Shown piece by piece: positions 50,639-61,464 of a stretch of 64,000 bases of DNA (the first letter of the stretch is position 1; each line of letters begins with the position of its first letter). Below the pieces are notes generated by a model that was not told the origin of the DNA, ran no database searches, and saw only the letters and a program-made list of their open reading frames with translations. The stretch covers positions 118,270 through 182,269 of the forward strand of contig CAWECN010000020.1 in assembly GCA_963807625.1 (NCBI GenBank), in the 5' to 3' direction. The translations under genes were made by a program, and so were the position numbers. This stretch comes from an uncultured Gammaproteobacteria bacterium (lineage in GTDB: Bacteria > Pseudomonadota > Gammaproteobacteria > SZUA-229).

Positions 50639-52321
50639 CTATACCTCTGAATAGTACTTTCTACGATAACCCGAAGTAATCGGATAACGCCGGTCACGGC
50701 CAAAGGCGCGACGTGTAACTCGTATACCGGGGGCAGACTGACGACGCTTGTGCTCATTTCGCTGGACCAGTGTGATCACGTGCAAAACATCTTCGCGGCT
50801 TATACCCTGGGCAACTATTTCATCGATCGGTTTATCCTGCTCGACTGACAGCTCAAGGATTCGGTCTAATACATCGTAATCCGGCAGCGAATCCTGGTCA
50901 CATTGATCTTCTCTTAGCTCAGCTGATGGTGGGCGGCTTAATACGCGTTCAGGTATGACTGGCGACACCGTATTACGATAGCGGCATAACTTATAGACCA
51001 GTGTCTTGCATACATCCTTTATCGGTGCAAAGCCGCCGCACATATCACCATACAGAGTAGCATAACCGACTGCCATCTCGCTCTTGTTGCCAGTGGTTAG
51101 CACCATGCGGCCTTTTTTGTTCGATATAGCCATGAGCAGTACGCCACGGCATCGTGCCTGAATGTTTTCTTCGGTGGTGTCAGCTGCTGCACCTTCAAAT
51201 ACTGGCGCCAGCGTGGTCAGAAAACTACTGAAGACGCCCTCGATTTCGACCACATCGTATTTAACTCCAAGTAATGCAGCTTCAGCCTCAGCGTCCTGCA
51301 AGCTCATATCTGCGGTATACCGTGAAGGCATCATTACCGCTTCAACATTATCAGCCCCCAGTGCATCGACCGCAATCGCCAGCGTCAGCGCCGAATCCAC
51401 GCCACCCGACAAACCGATAACAACACCCGTAAAACCATTTTGTTGCACGAAATCACGCACCCCTGTCACCAGGGCTTTATAGGTTACTGCATCACTGCTC
51501 TCGTCAGGTGCAACCGGATGCTGCGATGATATATCACTGCCGTCAAAAACGACTTCGATCACTTCTGATTCAAACAACCTGGCACGAGCGACCACGTTCG
51601 CCTGGCGGTCCACGGCTAACGAATCGCCATCAAACACCAGCTCATCCTGGCCACCGACCATATTGAGATACATGATAGGCACATCAAACTGGCTGGCATG
51701 ACTCTTCAATACCTCCATACGTTCAGCATGCTTATTGATATGAAATGGTGATGCATTTATCGCGATGATTGCCTGCGCACCATTTTCTTTAGAGTGCTCG
51801 ACGATTTCCGCTTGCCAGACATCTTCACAGATCATCAATCCTATGGTATGCCCTTTCACCATGAAAACAGCACTCTCATGCCCGGGCGAGAAATAACGGA
51901 CCTCATCGAACACAGAGTAATTCGGCAGAGACTGCTTGAAACAGAACTGTTTAATCACGCCATCATTTAAGTAAAGGGCTGCGTTATATAGCTTACCGGC
52001 ATGCTCATAAGGCAAGCCAAAGACGACACCGCCATCTCCGATAGCATCTTTCAACCTGTGCTGAATACGCAAACATTCATGTTTCACCTGATCCAGGAAA
52101 CCCCGACGAAAAAGCAGGTCTTCTGGCGGATATCCAACGAGTGCAAGCTCAGGAAATACGATCAGATCAGCACCTTTTTTAGCGGCAAGGATAGAAGCAT
52201 CGATAATCTTGTCTGCGTTGTTTTTTATATCACCCACCTGGAAAACTTCCTGTACCATTACGATATGTATCGGCGCAGAAGGTTTTACTCTGGAGGTCCT
52301 GTCAGTATTAGGCTGATTCAT
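50639..52321 (-). CDS. nadE: glutamine-dependent NAD+ synthetase
   Basis: 560 aa with an N-terminal nitrilase/CN-hydrolase domain and a C-terminal NAD synthetase domain carrying the SGGVDSAL PP-loop. Confidence 0.9.
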   Translation of the reverse strand: MNQPNTDRTSRVKPSAPIHIVMVQEVFQVGDIKNNADKIIDASILAAKKGADLIVFPELALVGYPPEDLLFRRGFLDQVKHECLRIQHRLKDAIGDGGVVFGLPYEHAGKLYNAALYLNDGVIKQFCFKQSLPNYSVFDEVRYFSPGHESAVFMVKGHTIGLMICEDVWQAEIVEHSKENGAQAIIAINASPFHINKHAERMEVLKSHASQFDVPIMYLNMVGGQDELVFDGDSLAVDRQANVVARARLFESEVIEVVFDGSDISSQHPVAPDESSDAVTYKALVTGVRDFVQQNGFTGVVIGLSGGVDSALTLAIAVDALGADNVEAVMMPSRYTADMSLQDAEAEAALLGVKYDVVEIEGVFSSFLTTLAPVFEGAAADTTEENIQARCRGVLLMAISNKKGRMVLTTGNKSEMAVGYATLYGDMCGGFAPIKDVCKTLVYKLCRYRNTVSPVIPERVLSRPPSAELREDQCDQDSLPDYDVLDRILELSVEQDKPIDEIVAQGISREDVLHVITLVQRNEHKRRQSAPGIRVTRRAFGRDRRYPITSGYRRKYYSEV

Positions 52322-52371
52322 GATAACAAGGGCTTACGAAAAATGGATTTATACAAAAGAGAGATTTTAAC

Positions 52372-52458
52372 ATGCTACGACTACTAGTAATCATTATCGC
52401 TGTAACCCTGATTATTGCCGGCCTGGCATTTATCATAAAAAGAAAAAGGCGAAAATAA
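52372..52458 (+). CDS. possible 28-aa single-TM small membrane peptide
   Basis: MLRLLVIIIAVTLIIAGLAFIIKRKRRK: a hydrophobic helix with a basic tail, sitting between nadE and pilS. Speculative. Confidence 0.2.
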   Translation: MLRLLVIIIAVTLIIAGLAFIIKRKRRK

Positions 52459-52555
52459 TACCTGGGAATAGAACGTCTTATCCTGCACTGCAGACCGATC
52501 ATAAGCAGCTATACTCAAACACAGACTATTTATCCTAAGAAAATAACCAATAAAA

Positions 52556-54190
52556 GTGTCACACCAGCCACCCGATAATTTTACTACCACCCACCATCAG
52601 GGTGGACCAGACGCCTGGTACCGACTACGCCTTTTCAATTATTTCCGCGGCACACTCGCACTATTTTTCATCACGATATACTTCAACGGATGGTTGTTAC
52701 AACTTATCCCTCGTAGTTTTTCACATATTGAACTATTCATAACCACGTCGCTAATATATCTGGCGGCCTGCTTTCTTTTCATGGCCGGAATTATTCGCCG
52801 CAAGCCCGGGATCGATATCCATGTCATCGTTCACACATTGGTTGACATCTCATGCATCATTCTTCTGATGCATGCCACGGGCGGTATTCGAACAGGTCTG
52901 GGCATGTTACTGATCATCAGTATTTCGATGACCAGTTTATTTCTACATCAGCGACTCACCATCCTGTTCGCTGCTATTTCGGCGCTTGCAGTTATTGCAG
53001 AACAGATTTACTCACTGTTTTTCTATACGAATTACACACCCGCGTTTACCCAGGCCGGCTTGCTTGGCATACTGATATTCATCACTGCTGCAATATCAAC
53101 CTTCACTGCAAAGAGACTCAAAGAATCAGTGAAGATTGCAGAAGATGCCAGCCAGGAGCTGGAAACTATCGTTCAGATGAACGAACACATCATCCGCAGC
53201 ATGCGTACAGGGATCATCGTCATAAAAAATGATGGACAGGTCTTAATGACAAATAATGCAGCGCTGGAGTTACTCGGTCAGACTTCGATCAAGCCACTGT
53301 CGAAATTAAAAGATATCTCCACTGATTTGTATAACCGGTTTGTCGACTGGAACAATAATACAATTCAAAATCACCAACCGATACACCAGGCACAGGGATT
53401 ACCGGATATACAACCCGGGTTTAGTCATATCGATCAGCATATAAAAGCCAGTAACAGAAACCAGGGGCGCACTCTAATATTCCTTGAAGACGCCACACAG
53501 TTAACACAGCGTTTCCAGCAGGTAAAACTGGCATCACTTGGCCGTCTGACTGCAAGCATCGCCCATGAGATACGCAACCCACTGGCAGCCATAAATCATG
53601 CAGGGCAATTATTAGGAGAGACAGCAGAAGATGTTGCAGAGAAAAAGCTTACCGGCATTATCAACACCCAGGTAAAACGCCTTAACGGTATCGTTGAGAA
53701 TGTCCTACAGTTATCAAGGCAACAACGTGGCACACCTGAACTCATTAACATCTACCAGTGGTTAATACAGTTCAGAGAAGAATTTGTCGCCACATACAAA
53801 CTACAGGCATACCAGATACAGGTCAGGATCATTCCTGACAGTATCAATATACTTTTTGACTCGACCCAGTTACACCAGGTCGTCTGGAACTTGTGTTCTA
53901 ACGCAATCAATCATTCGCATCTGGACATATCTAATATCATGATCAACATTCAGGGAGGAATCGATACTGAAACCAGTCAGCCCTATATAGAAATCATTGA
54001 CAATGGCCAGGGCATAGACAAAGAAACCCAGACACATATCTTTGATCCTTTCTTTACTACAAGTGCAGAAGGGACAGGACTTGGCCTATATATCACCAAG
54101 GAAGTAATAGAAAGTAACCGTGCTAAGATACGTTATATTTCGCCACAAACTGGCGGCACCTGTTTTAGAATATACTTCCAACAAGCATAA
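52556..54190 (+). CDS. pilS: PilS-like sensor histidine kinase
   Basis: 544 aa with six N-terminal TM helices, H-box (SIAHEIRNPLAAI) and an HATPase_c domain. Immediately upstream of pilR. Confidence 0.85.
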   Translation: MSHQPPDNFTTTHHQGGPDAWYRLRLFNYFRGTLALFFITIYFNGWLLQLIPRSFSHIELFITTSLIYLAACFLFMAGIIRRKPGIDIHVIVHTLVDISCIILLMHATGGIRTGLGMLLIISISMTSLFLHQRLTILFAAISALAVIAEQIYSLFFYTNYTPAFTQAGLLGILIFITAAISTFTAKRLKESVKIAEDASQELETIVQMNEHIIRSMRTGIIVIKNDGQVLMTNNAALELLGQTSIKPLSKLKDISTDLYNRFVDWNNNTIQNHQPIHQAQGLPDIQPGFSHIDQHIKASNRNQGRTLIFLEDATQLTQRFQQVKLASLGRLTASIAHEIRNPLAAINHAGQLLGETAEDVAEKKLTGIINTQVKRLNGIVENVLQLSRQQRGTPELINIYQWLIQFREEFVATYKLQAYQIQVRIIPDSINILFDSTQLHQVVWNLCSNAINHSHLDISNIMINIQGGIDTETSQPYIEIIDNGQGIDKETQTHIFDPFFTTSAEGTGLGLYITKEVIESNRAKIRYISPQTGGTCFRIYFQQA

Positions 54191-54233
54191 CAATTTATTT
54201 TGACTATTAAATAAACCGGACTACGACCTGTCT

Positions 54234-55568
54234 ATGAGTGCAAAAAAGGTTCTCATCGTTGATGATGAAGTAGATATTTGCGAATTGATCGAGATCACTC
54301 TGATGCGCATGGATATTGCATCACAATCAGCACACAATATCACTGATGCAAAGTTATTACTTGAAACCGAACATTTTGATCTATGCCTGACTGACATGCG
54401 CATGCCAGATGGTAATGGCATCGATCTAGTTAGCCATGTTCAACAAAACCATAGCGAATTACCTATCGCTGTCATTACCGCACACGGTAATATGGAATCA
54501 GCAGTAAAGGCCCTTAAAGCCGGTGCCTTCGACTTTGTTTCCAAACCTGTTGATATCCAGATACTACGCAACCTGGTTTCTGCTGCCACCACCCTGCCAG
54601 AAAAAACCGAAAACAAAAAAACAGGAAAAGATCAGATTACCATTACTGGTGAATCAGACGTTGTTAAGACACTGTTGAATAACATCGCCAAGCTGGCAAG
54701 AAACCAGGCACCTGTCTTTATACATGGCGAATCCGGCTCAGGCAAAGAACGCGTCGCCAAGATGATACACCAGCAAGGCTCACGCAGCGAAGGCCCTTTT
54801 GTTCCCGTGAACTGCGGCGCGATTCCTGCCGAACTGATGGAGAGTGAGTTTTTTGGCCACCTCAAAGGCAGCTTTACTGGTGCGCACTCAGATAAAGAAG
54901 GTCTGTTCCAGGCTGCGAACGGCGGCACCCTGTTTCTGGATGAAATTGCCGAACTGCCTCTTAACATGCAAGTAAAGCTTTTACGCGTCATCCAGGAAAA
55001 AGCTGTTCGCGCTGTCGGTGCATCACAGGAGAATCCGGTTGATGTAAGAATTCTCAGTGCAAGCCATAAAAACCTTGTCAAACTGGTGGCCGATGGTGCT
55101 TTTCGAGAAGATCTGTATTACCGGATAAATGTGATCGAGCTGACCATTCCCAGCCTACGAGAAAGACAACAGGATATCCCGATATTCGTCGAGCAACTGC
55201 TCGTCAGTCTCGCGCAGAAGATGGGAGTAGAAGTTCCTGCCATAGAGATAGAGGCCATTAAAGCGCTGCAAAATTACCATTTTCCAGGCAATGTCAGAGA
55301 ATTAGAGAATATCCTTGAGCGAGCTATCGCACTGTCTGATGATGATACCATCTCACTGCAGGATTTAAATCTCAAAATAATAACTGAAAACGAGGCATCC
55401 GAACCTACCACTCCATATGTTGACCCCATGGACCTTGCCGGCCAGGAACGCCATAGCATCATACAGGCCCTGGAAAAAACCCGCTGGAACAAAACTGCCG
55501 CTGCTAAGAAACTGGGCTTAAGCCTGCGACAACTTCGTTACCGATTACAAAAGTTAGATATAGAGTAA
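54234..55568 (+). CDS. pilR: sigma-54-dependent response regulator PilR (NtrC family)
   Basis: 444 aa with a receiver domain, an AAA+ sigma-54 activation domain (GESGSGKE, GAFREDLYYRINV) and a C-terminal HTH. Confidence 0.9.
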   Translation: MSAKKVLIVDDEVDICELIEITLMRMDIASQSAHNITDAKLLLETEHFDLCLTDMRMPDGNGIDLVSHVQQNHSELPIAVITAHGNMESAVKALKAGAFDFVSKPVDIQILRNLVSAATTLPEKTENKKTGKDQITITGESDVVKTLLNNIAKLARNQAPVFIHGESGSGKERVAKMIHQQGSRSEGPFVPVNCGAIPAELMESEFFGHLKGSFTGAHSDKEGLFQAANGGTLFLDEIAELPLNMQVKLLRVIQEKAVRAVGASQENPVDVRILSASHKNLVKLVADGAFREDLYYRINVIELTIPSLRERQQDIPIFVEQLLVSLAQKMGVEVPAIEIEAIKALQNYHFPGNVRELENILERAIALSDDDTISLQDLNLKIITENEASEPTTPYVDPMDLAGQERHSIIQALEKTRWNKTAAAKKLGLSLRQLRYRLQKLDIE

Positions 55569-55849
55569 ATACAAATTCCATCGAACACACTCTAATCACA
55601 GGCTACTTAATGTCACCAACAGTTGAAAAAGCATAAAGCGAATAGCAAGTCCCGGTTGAAACTGATGCTTTTACCTATTGCAGCCTCTCTCGTAACTGTC
55701 ATTAAAGAGTCTATTTCACTCACCATATCGCTCATGTCTTACAAATTTGTCACTATCTGACAGTATTTGTCTACTCACAACACCATGAAACATGATAACC
55801 GCAACGTTAAGTTATTGATTTTAAACATTTCTTAAATACTTATAACAAT

Positions 55850-55865
55850 TGGCACAGTATCTGCT
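55850..55865 (+). promoter_or_regulatory. sigma-54 promoter (-24/-12) of pilA1
   Basis: TGGCACagtatCTGCT: a GG-N10-GC arrangement matching TGGCAC-N5-TTGCW. It lies about 95 bp upstream of pilA1, downstream of pilSR. Confidence 0.7.
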
Positions 55866-55960
55866 ATACCAATAACAGTCTTAAACACAAAAGACCCAAA
55901 TACAAAAAAATAAAACTTATTTTTAATCAACAAACTTAATTTACATCACTGGAGATTCAC

Positions 55961-56368
55961 ATGAAAAAAGTACAACAAGGTTTTACCCTTATCGAATTAA
56001 TGATCGTAGTTGCGATTATCGGTATTCTGGCATCTGTCGCACTGCCTGCTTACCAGGATTACACAAGATCTGCTCGTGCTTCTGGCATGACTTCAGCAGC
56101 TGGCGCATTTGCTTCAGCAGCTCGTATTGCTGTAGAAGCTGATGGTGTAGCAGTCGGTGCTATCGCTTTGGGTTCTAACGGTGTTCCAACAGCTGCACAG
56201 CTGCAGCTTGATGCTTCCGTTGCTACTGCCGCGTGGGCCACACCTGTACTAACAATTACCGGCAACAACGTCGGTACTAGTAACACGCTTACTGTAACAA
56301 TTGCAGCAGATGGTACTGCAACATATGCTGGTAACTGTATAACAGACGGTATTTGTAAAGGCCTGTAA
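55961..56368 (+). CDS. pilA: type IVa major pilin
   Basis: 135 aa with the class III prepilin leader [24 protein letters not shown] (cleavage G|F, E+5) and a C-terminal disulfide loop CITDGIC. Confidence 0.9.
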   Translation: MKKVQQGFTLIELMIVVAIIGILASVALPAYQDYTRSARASGMTSAAGAFASAARIAVEADGVAVGAIALGSNGVPTAAQLQLDASVATAAWATPVLTITGNNVGTSNTLTVTIAADGTATYAGNCITDGICKGL

Positions 56369-56405
56369 TATTGTAAACCCTCTCTCATAGAGGTTTATAA
56401 AAGAA

Positions 56406-56433
56406 CCCCCACTCTAACGTGGGGGTTTTTTTT
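56406..56433 (+). terminator. rho-independent terminator after pilA1
   Basis: CCCCCAC-TCTAAC-GTGGGGG followed by TTTTTTTT. A second upstream hairpin is AAACCCTCT...AGAGGTTT. Confidence 0.85.
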
Positions 56434-56724
56434 GCATAATCGCTTCGCCTGGCAAGAGACAGGAGAGACAATACCCAAATATAATTCTTTCGATAACTAC
56501 CACAGGGTCGATTGGGGCGTTACTTTTTATCCGTGCGAACGGACACACAACCCTCATAACCTCAGAGATATGTTCTAAACCTACCCTTCAGCTGTCAAAT
56601 CACCATGTAAACCCTGGTCATGTTTTACAAAGAATGTCACATATTGACAGAAAATCTGTCAATAAATACGGTTTATAACACGTTAACTCACTTAAGTTTC
56701 TGTTTTTTATGTTTATATTATTAT

Positions 56725-56740
56725 TGGCATATTATATGCA
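56725..56740 (+). promoter_or_regulatory. sigma-54 promoter (-24/-12) of the second pilin gene
   Basis: TGGCATattatATGCA: GG-N10-GC spacing, about 80 bp upstream of the second pilA start. Confidence 0.65.
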
Positions 56741-56818
56741 GAATAAACTTATAAATATAAAACAAGCCTAAGTAATATAAAAAACTTTTACTAAATCTAA
56801 TACGGTCATAAGAAAGTC

Positions 56819-57226
56819 ATGAAAAAACAACAAACGGGTTTCACCCTTATCGAGTTAATGATTGTTGTAGCAATCATTGGTATCTTGGCCTCCGTCGCCC
56901 TGCCAGCCTATCAGGACTATACGAGATCGGCCCGTGCAGCAGGTATCGTCACTGCTGGTGGCACCTTCGCATCCGCAGCAAGAATAACAGTAGAAGCAGA
57001 TGGTGTGGCAAACACAGCACTGGTATTGGGTTCCAGTGGATTACCGACGGCCGCACAACTCATACTGGACTCAAACGTCGCTTCAGCTTCACTTGCGTCT
57101 AATGTACTAACGTTGACCGGTGCCAATATTGGCACCAACAATACCCTTACGGTAACCATCGATGCAGCTGGCTTACCAACATATGGCGGCAGTTGCGTTA
57201 CTGGTGGCATCTGTAAAGGACTATAA
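56819..57226 (+). CDS. pilA: second type IVa pilin paralog
   Basis: 135 aa. The N-terminal 40 residues are nearly identical to pilA1; the central and C-terminal regions have diverged (C-terminal loop CVTGGIC). Confidence 0.9.
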   Translation: MKKQQTGFTLIELMIVVAIIGILASVALPAYQDYTRSARAAGIVTAGGTFASAARITVEADGVANTALVLGSSGLPTAAQLILDSNVASASLASNVLTLTGANIGTNNTLTVTIDAAGLPTYGGSCVTGGICKGL

Positions 57227-57549
57227 AATAGTTCACAAGCAGTATTGTATATCTCATAGCGTACGCTGCTGCTCTAAACAGAGCGCTACTCACCAGAGTA
57301 GTCTACACTCCACGTCATTTTTATATCGGCCAGATCCTCGCGCAGGAACCTGGCCGATTAACCTATGAACCACCATATTCAAGCGGCTATCCCATCGAAA
57401 GAAGCTCACGCGCAACTTGTTTCCATTCGACTGCGGGTTCTACATAATAAAACTACAGAGATAAGCTATATTTTCAAGAATTTATCGAAATATCAGCTAT
57501 GCTAATGCAATAATAATAAAAAATTTATTTCGCTAGTTATAAAAATAAT

Positions 57550-59277
57550 TTGGGATTTTTCATGGCTGCAGAACTCAGACTAAACGGGCTATCTCGTAAG
57601 CTTGTCCTCGATGGACTGCTTGATGAAGAGCGTGCAATTGACGCTTTAAAAGGGGCAATAAAAGAAAAAGTCTCCTTCACTCGATACCTTGTTGAAAACA
57701 AGATCCTTAGCGCTAAAAAGATAGCGATGGAAGCCTCCAAGGAATTTGGCTTACCAGTCTTCGATCTCGATGCGATCGACCCTGAATCAATACCCCGAGA
57801 TGTGGTCGACGACAAACTCATCCAGAAACACCACGCACTGCCTTTGTATAAAAGAGGTAAGCACTTATATATAGGCATATCAGACCCAACCAATCTTGCC
57901 GCCATCGATGACATCAAGTTTCAGACAGGCGTCAATACTGAAGCCGTCCTCGTAGAAGAAGACAAATTAACCACCATGGTAGAAAAACTGCTGGAAGAGC
58001 AGGAAGCCGCCATGGATGACATGATGGGTGATGATCTCGAAGACCTGGACGATCTTGATTTTGCCGACCCTGATGCAGATAAGGTAGCTGATGACGCTGG
58101 TTCTGACGTCGATGACACACCCGTGGTACGTTTCATCAACAAGATTCTGCTGGATGCTATCAAGAAAGGAGCCTCGGATATTCACTTCGAGCCATATGAG
58201 AAAAGCTATCGTGTACGGTTACGTATTGATGGCGTATTACGCGAGGTCGCAAAACCACCGATACAGATGAGCCCTAAGTTGTCTGCTCGTGTCAAAGTGA
58301 TGTCGCGCATGGATACCGCTGAGAAAAGGGTACCGCAAGACGGCAGGATAAAATTAAAGATTTCCAAAACCAAAGCCATCGATTTTCGTGTTAATACCTG
58401 CCCCACGCTCTTTGGCGAGAAGATCGTGCTACGTATCCTTGACCCTTCCAGCGCAACTCTTGGTATCGATGCTTTAGGTTACGAGCCCGATCAAAAAGAA
58501 CTTTATCTAAATGCCCTGGCCAACCCTTACGGTATGATCCTTGTTACCGGCCCAACAGGTAGCGGTAAAACCGTATCCCTGTATACCGGTTTAAACATCT
58601 TGAACACCGTAGACACGAATATTTCAACCGCAGAAGACCCTGCCGAGATCAACCTGGAGGGCATTAACCAGGTAAACGTAAATGACAAGGTCGGCTTAAC
58701 ATTTGAAGCAGCATTACGTGCTTTCCTGCGCCAGGATCCAGACATCATCATGGTAGGTGAGATCCGTGACCTGCAAACTGCTGAAATCGCGATCAAGGCA
58801 GCTCAGACAGGCCACATGGTTATGTCTACCCTGCATACAAACGATGCCCCGCAAACACTGGCTCGCCTGGTAAATATGGGCGTACCACCTTTTAATATCG
58901 CCTCTGCAGTTAACCTGATCATCGCGCAGCGTCTGGCTCGACGTCTGTGCAACAACTGTAAAGAGAAAGTAGATATACCGCGTACGGCACTCGAAGAGGA
59001 AGGTTTCACCGCAGAGCAGATCGACGCAAAACCTGAACTCTTTAAAGCCAAGGGATGCGACCAGTGCAGTGAAGGCTACAAAGGCCGAGTTGGTATTTAC
59101 CAGGTATTACCTATTTCTGAGGCAACCGGCCGTATTATTATGGAAAATGGTACAGCCATCGATATTGCTGATCAGGCAGAGAAAGAAGGTATTGACGACT
59201 TAAGAAAGTCGGCTATTAAAAAAGTTATCGCGGGTTTGACCAGCCTCGAAGAAATTAATCGCGTAACCAAAGATTAA
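57550..59277 (+). CDS. pilB: type IV pilus assembly ATPase PilB
   Basis: 575 aa GspE-family ATPase with Walker A (GPTGSGKT) and a tetracysteine motif. Likely start at MAAELRL (57562). Confidence 0.95.
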   Translation: MGFFMAAELRLNGLSRKLVLDGLLDEERAIDALKGAIKEKVSFTRYLVENKILSAKKIAMEASKEFGLPVFDLDAIDPESIPRDVVDDKLIQKHHALPLYKRGKHLYIGISDPTNLAAIDDIKFQTGVNTEAVLVEEDKLTTMVEKLLEEQEAAMDDMMGDDLEDLDDLDFADPDADKVADDAGSDVDDTPVVRFINKILLDAIKKGASDIHFEPYEKSYRVRLRIDGVLREVAKPPIQMSPKLSARVKVMSRMDTAEKRVPQDGRIKLKISKTKAIDFRVNTCPTLFGEKIVLRILDPSSATLGIDALGYEPDQKELYLNALANPYGMILVTGPTGSGKTVSLYTGLNILNTVDTNISTAEDPAEINLEGINQVNVNDKVGLTFEAALRAFLRQDPDIIMVGEIRDLQTAEIAIKAAQTGHMVMSTLHTNDAPQTLARLVNMGVPPFNIASAVNLIIAQRLARRLCNNCKEKVDIPRTALEEEGFTAEQIDAKPELFKAKGCDQCSEGYKGRVGIYQVLPISEATGRIIMENGTAIDIADQAEKEGIDDLRKSAIKKVIAGLTSLEEINRVTKD

Positions 59278-59317
59278 CCCGGCTAAAGATTGAAGTAATA
59301 ATCTACAGGACACAGAG

Positions 59318-60553
59318 ATGGCAAAGGCAAAAGAAAAAATAAAAAACGCAACCTTCAGTTATGAGTGCACCAATAACAAGGGCCAGCCGATCAAGGGTGA
59401 GATGATAGCTGCCAGTGCTGATGTTGTAAAAGCAGAATTACGCAAACAGGGGTTAACCCCTAAAAAAGGCAAGATCAAGAAAAAAGGCGGCAGCTTATTT
59501 GCCGCCAAACAAAAACCGATCACCACCAAAGACATCGCTGTTTTCAGCCGTCAGCTTGCCACCATGATGAAAGCAGGCGTTCCCATGGTACAGTCTTTTG
59601 ATATCGTTGGTCAGGGGCACTCGAACCCAAGCATGACAAAACTTATCATGCAGATCAAAGCCGATGTCGAGGCTGGTGGCACCCTGGCAAGTGCTCTAGC
59701 AGAACACCCGGTGTATTTTGACGAGTTATTTGTCAGCCTGGTTGATGCCGGCGAACAATCCGGCGCCTTAGAGACCCTACTAGAAAAAGTAGCGACATAT
59801 AAAGAAAAATCTGAAGCATTAAAAACCAAGATCAAAAAGGCGATGACATACCCTATTTCGGTACTCGTCGTGGCTGTTGTTGTGTCTGCCATTCTGCTGA
59901 TTTTTGTAGTCCCGACCTTCGCCGAGATGTTTGAAGGATTCGGTGCTGAACTGCCGGCCTTTACATTATTCGTAGTCGCCTTATCAGACACACTCGTCGA
60001 GAACGTGTGGCTTTTTATCGGTGCCATCGTAGCCTTTATATATGTTTTTAAACAAGCAAAGCTTCGATCAAAAGCTTTTAGAGATTCCTTAGACCAACTA
60101 ACACTCAAATTACCTACCGTTGGAGCATTAGCTACAAATGCTGCTATCGCACGTTTTGCAAGGACTCTTGCCACCATGTTTGCCGCCGGTGTGCCGCTGG
60201 TTGAGGCCATGGTCTCGGTTGCCGGTGCTGCGGGTAACAGCGTATACAAAGAAGCGATCCTCAAAGTAAGGGATGACATCGCTTCAGGTACAACCCTGCA
60301 GGTAAGCCTCTCTTCGAAAAAAGAGCTGTTCCCCAACATGCTGATCCAGATGGTCGGTATCGGCGAAGAATCCGGCGCCCTTGATGAGATGCTGGACAAA
60401 GTTGCCGAGTATTATGAAGAGGCGGTCGATGATGCGGTCGATAATTTAACTGCCATGATGGAACCGATGATCATGTCATTCCTCGCTGTCGTCATCGGCG
60501 GCCTGGTTATCGCCATGTATCTGCCTATCTTCAAGATGGGTGAAGTGGTTTAA
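59318..60553 (+). CDS. pilC: type IV pilus platform protein PilC (GspF family)
   Basis: 411 aa with two GspF repeats and three TM segments. Confidence 0.95.
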   Translation: MAKAKEKIKNATFSYECTNNKGQPIKGEMIAASADVVKAELRKQGLTPKKGKIKKKGGSLFAAKQKPITTKDIAVFSRQLATMMKAGVPMVQSFDIVGQGHSNPSMTKLIMQIKADVEAGGTLASALAEHPVYFDELFVSLVDAGEQSGALETLLEKVATYKEKSEALKTKIKKAMTYPISVLVVAVVVSAILLIFVVPTFAEMFEGFGAELPAFTLFVVALSDTLVENVWLFIGAIVAFIYVFKQAKLRSKAFRDSLDQLTLKLPTVGALATNAAIARFARTLATMFAAGVPLVEAMVSVAGAAGNSVYKEAILKVRDDIASGTTLQVSLSSKKELFPNMLIQMVGIGEESGALDEMLDKVAEYYEEAVDDAVDNLTAMMEPMIMSFLAVVIGGLVIAMYLPIFKMGEVV

Positions 60554-60584
60554 ACGCCATACAACAATATAAAGAATATCATTC

Positions 60585-61463
60585 ATGTTAGAAGATATCG
60601 TAATTACTCTTCAGTCATCACCGTGGCTGTTCTATTCTTCCGTAATTTTTATTGGGTTAAGTGTAGGCAGCTTCTTGAACGTAGTCGCATATCGTCTACC
60701 TAAGATGATGGAGCGAGACTGGAAACGTGAATGTCACGAATTTCTTGAACTTGAACCACCGCAGACAGAAGAAGATCTTAAAAAGTTTAACCTGGCGACA
60801 CCTGCGTCAGCGTGTCCACATTGCGGACATAAACTGCGCGCATGGGAAAACATCCCGGTTATCAGCTATTTATTTTTAAAGGCCAAATGTTCCTCCTGTG
60901 GCTCGAAGATATCTATGCAATACCCGGCTGTTGAGCTGATCACTGCTATAGCTTCGCTTCTTGCAGCATACACCTTCGGTGTAACCATACAGACGGTTGC
61001 CGCTTTATTCTTAACCTGGGTTTTGATCACACTTACTCTGATCGACCTGAAAACACAGCTATTACCAGACAGTATTACTCTACCGCTACTATGGCTGGGA
61101 ATACTTTTAAGCTTCTTCGATGTATTCACTGATCTAACGTCCAGTGTCGTCGGAGCCATGGCGGGTTACCTCATCCTCTGGTCGGTCTACCAGTTATTCA
61201 AACTGCTGACAGGAAAAGAAGGTATGGGCTTTGGTGACTTCAAGCTATTAGCAGCGCTTGGTGCCTGGATAGGTTATAGCTACCTGCCACAGATCATCCT
61301 GGTATCATCTGTTGTCGGTTCAGTCTTTGGTATCAGTATGCTGATCATCGGCAAAACCAAACAGCAGCAACCAATACCTTTTGGTCCCTATCTTGCTGTT
61401 GCAGGATGGATCGCCCTGTTATGGGGAGAGGCAATCAACACTACCTACCTGTCATTCTTATAA
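60585..61463 (+). CDS. pilD: prepilin peptidase / N-methyltransferase PilD
   Basis: 292 aa with an N-terminal Cys-box (CPHCGHKL...CSSCG) and a multi-TM aspartic protease core. Confidence 0.95.
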   Translation: MLEDIVITLQSSPWLFYSSVIFIGLSVGSFLNVVAYRLPKMMERDWKRECHEFLELEPPQTEEDLKKFNLATPASACPHCGHKLRAWENIPVISYLFLKAKCSSCGSKISMQYPAVELITAIASLLAAYTFGVTIQTVAALFLTWVLITLTLIDLKTQLLPDSITLPLLWLGILLSFFDVFTDLTSSVVGAMAGYLILWSVYQLFKLLTGKEGMGFGDFKLLAALGAWIGYSYLPQIILVSSVVGSVFGISMLIIGKTKQQQPIPFGPYLAVAGWIALLWGEAINTTYLSFL

Positions 61464-61464
61464 C

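Noticed and set aside
59611-60399. 262-aa minus-strand ORF
   Set aside because: Antisense to pilC. Ser/Ala/Thr-rich shadow frame.
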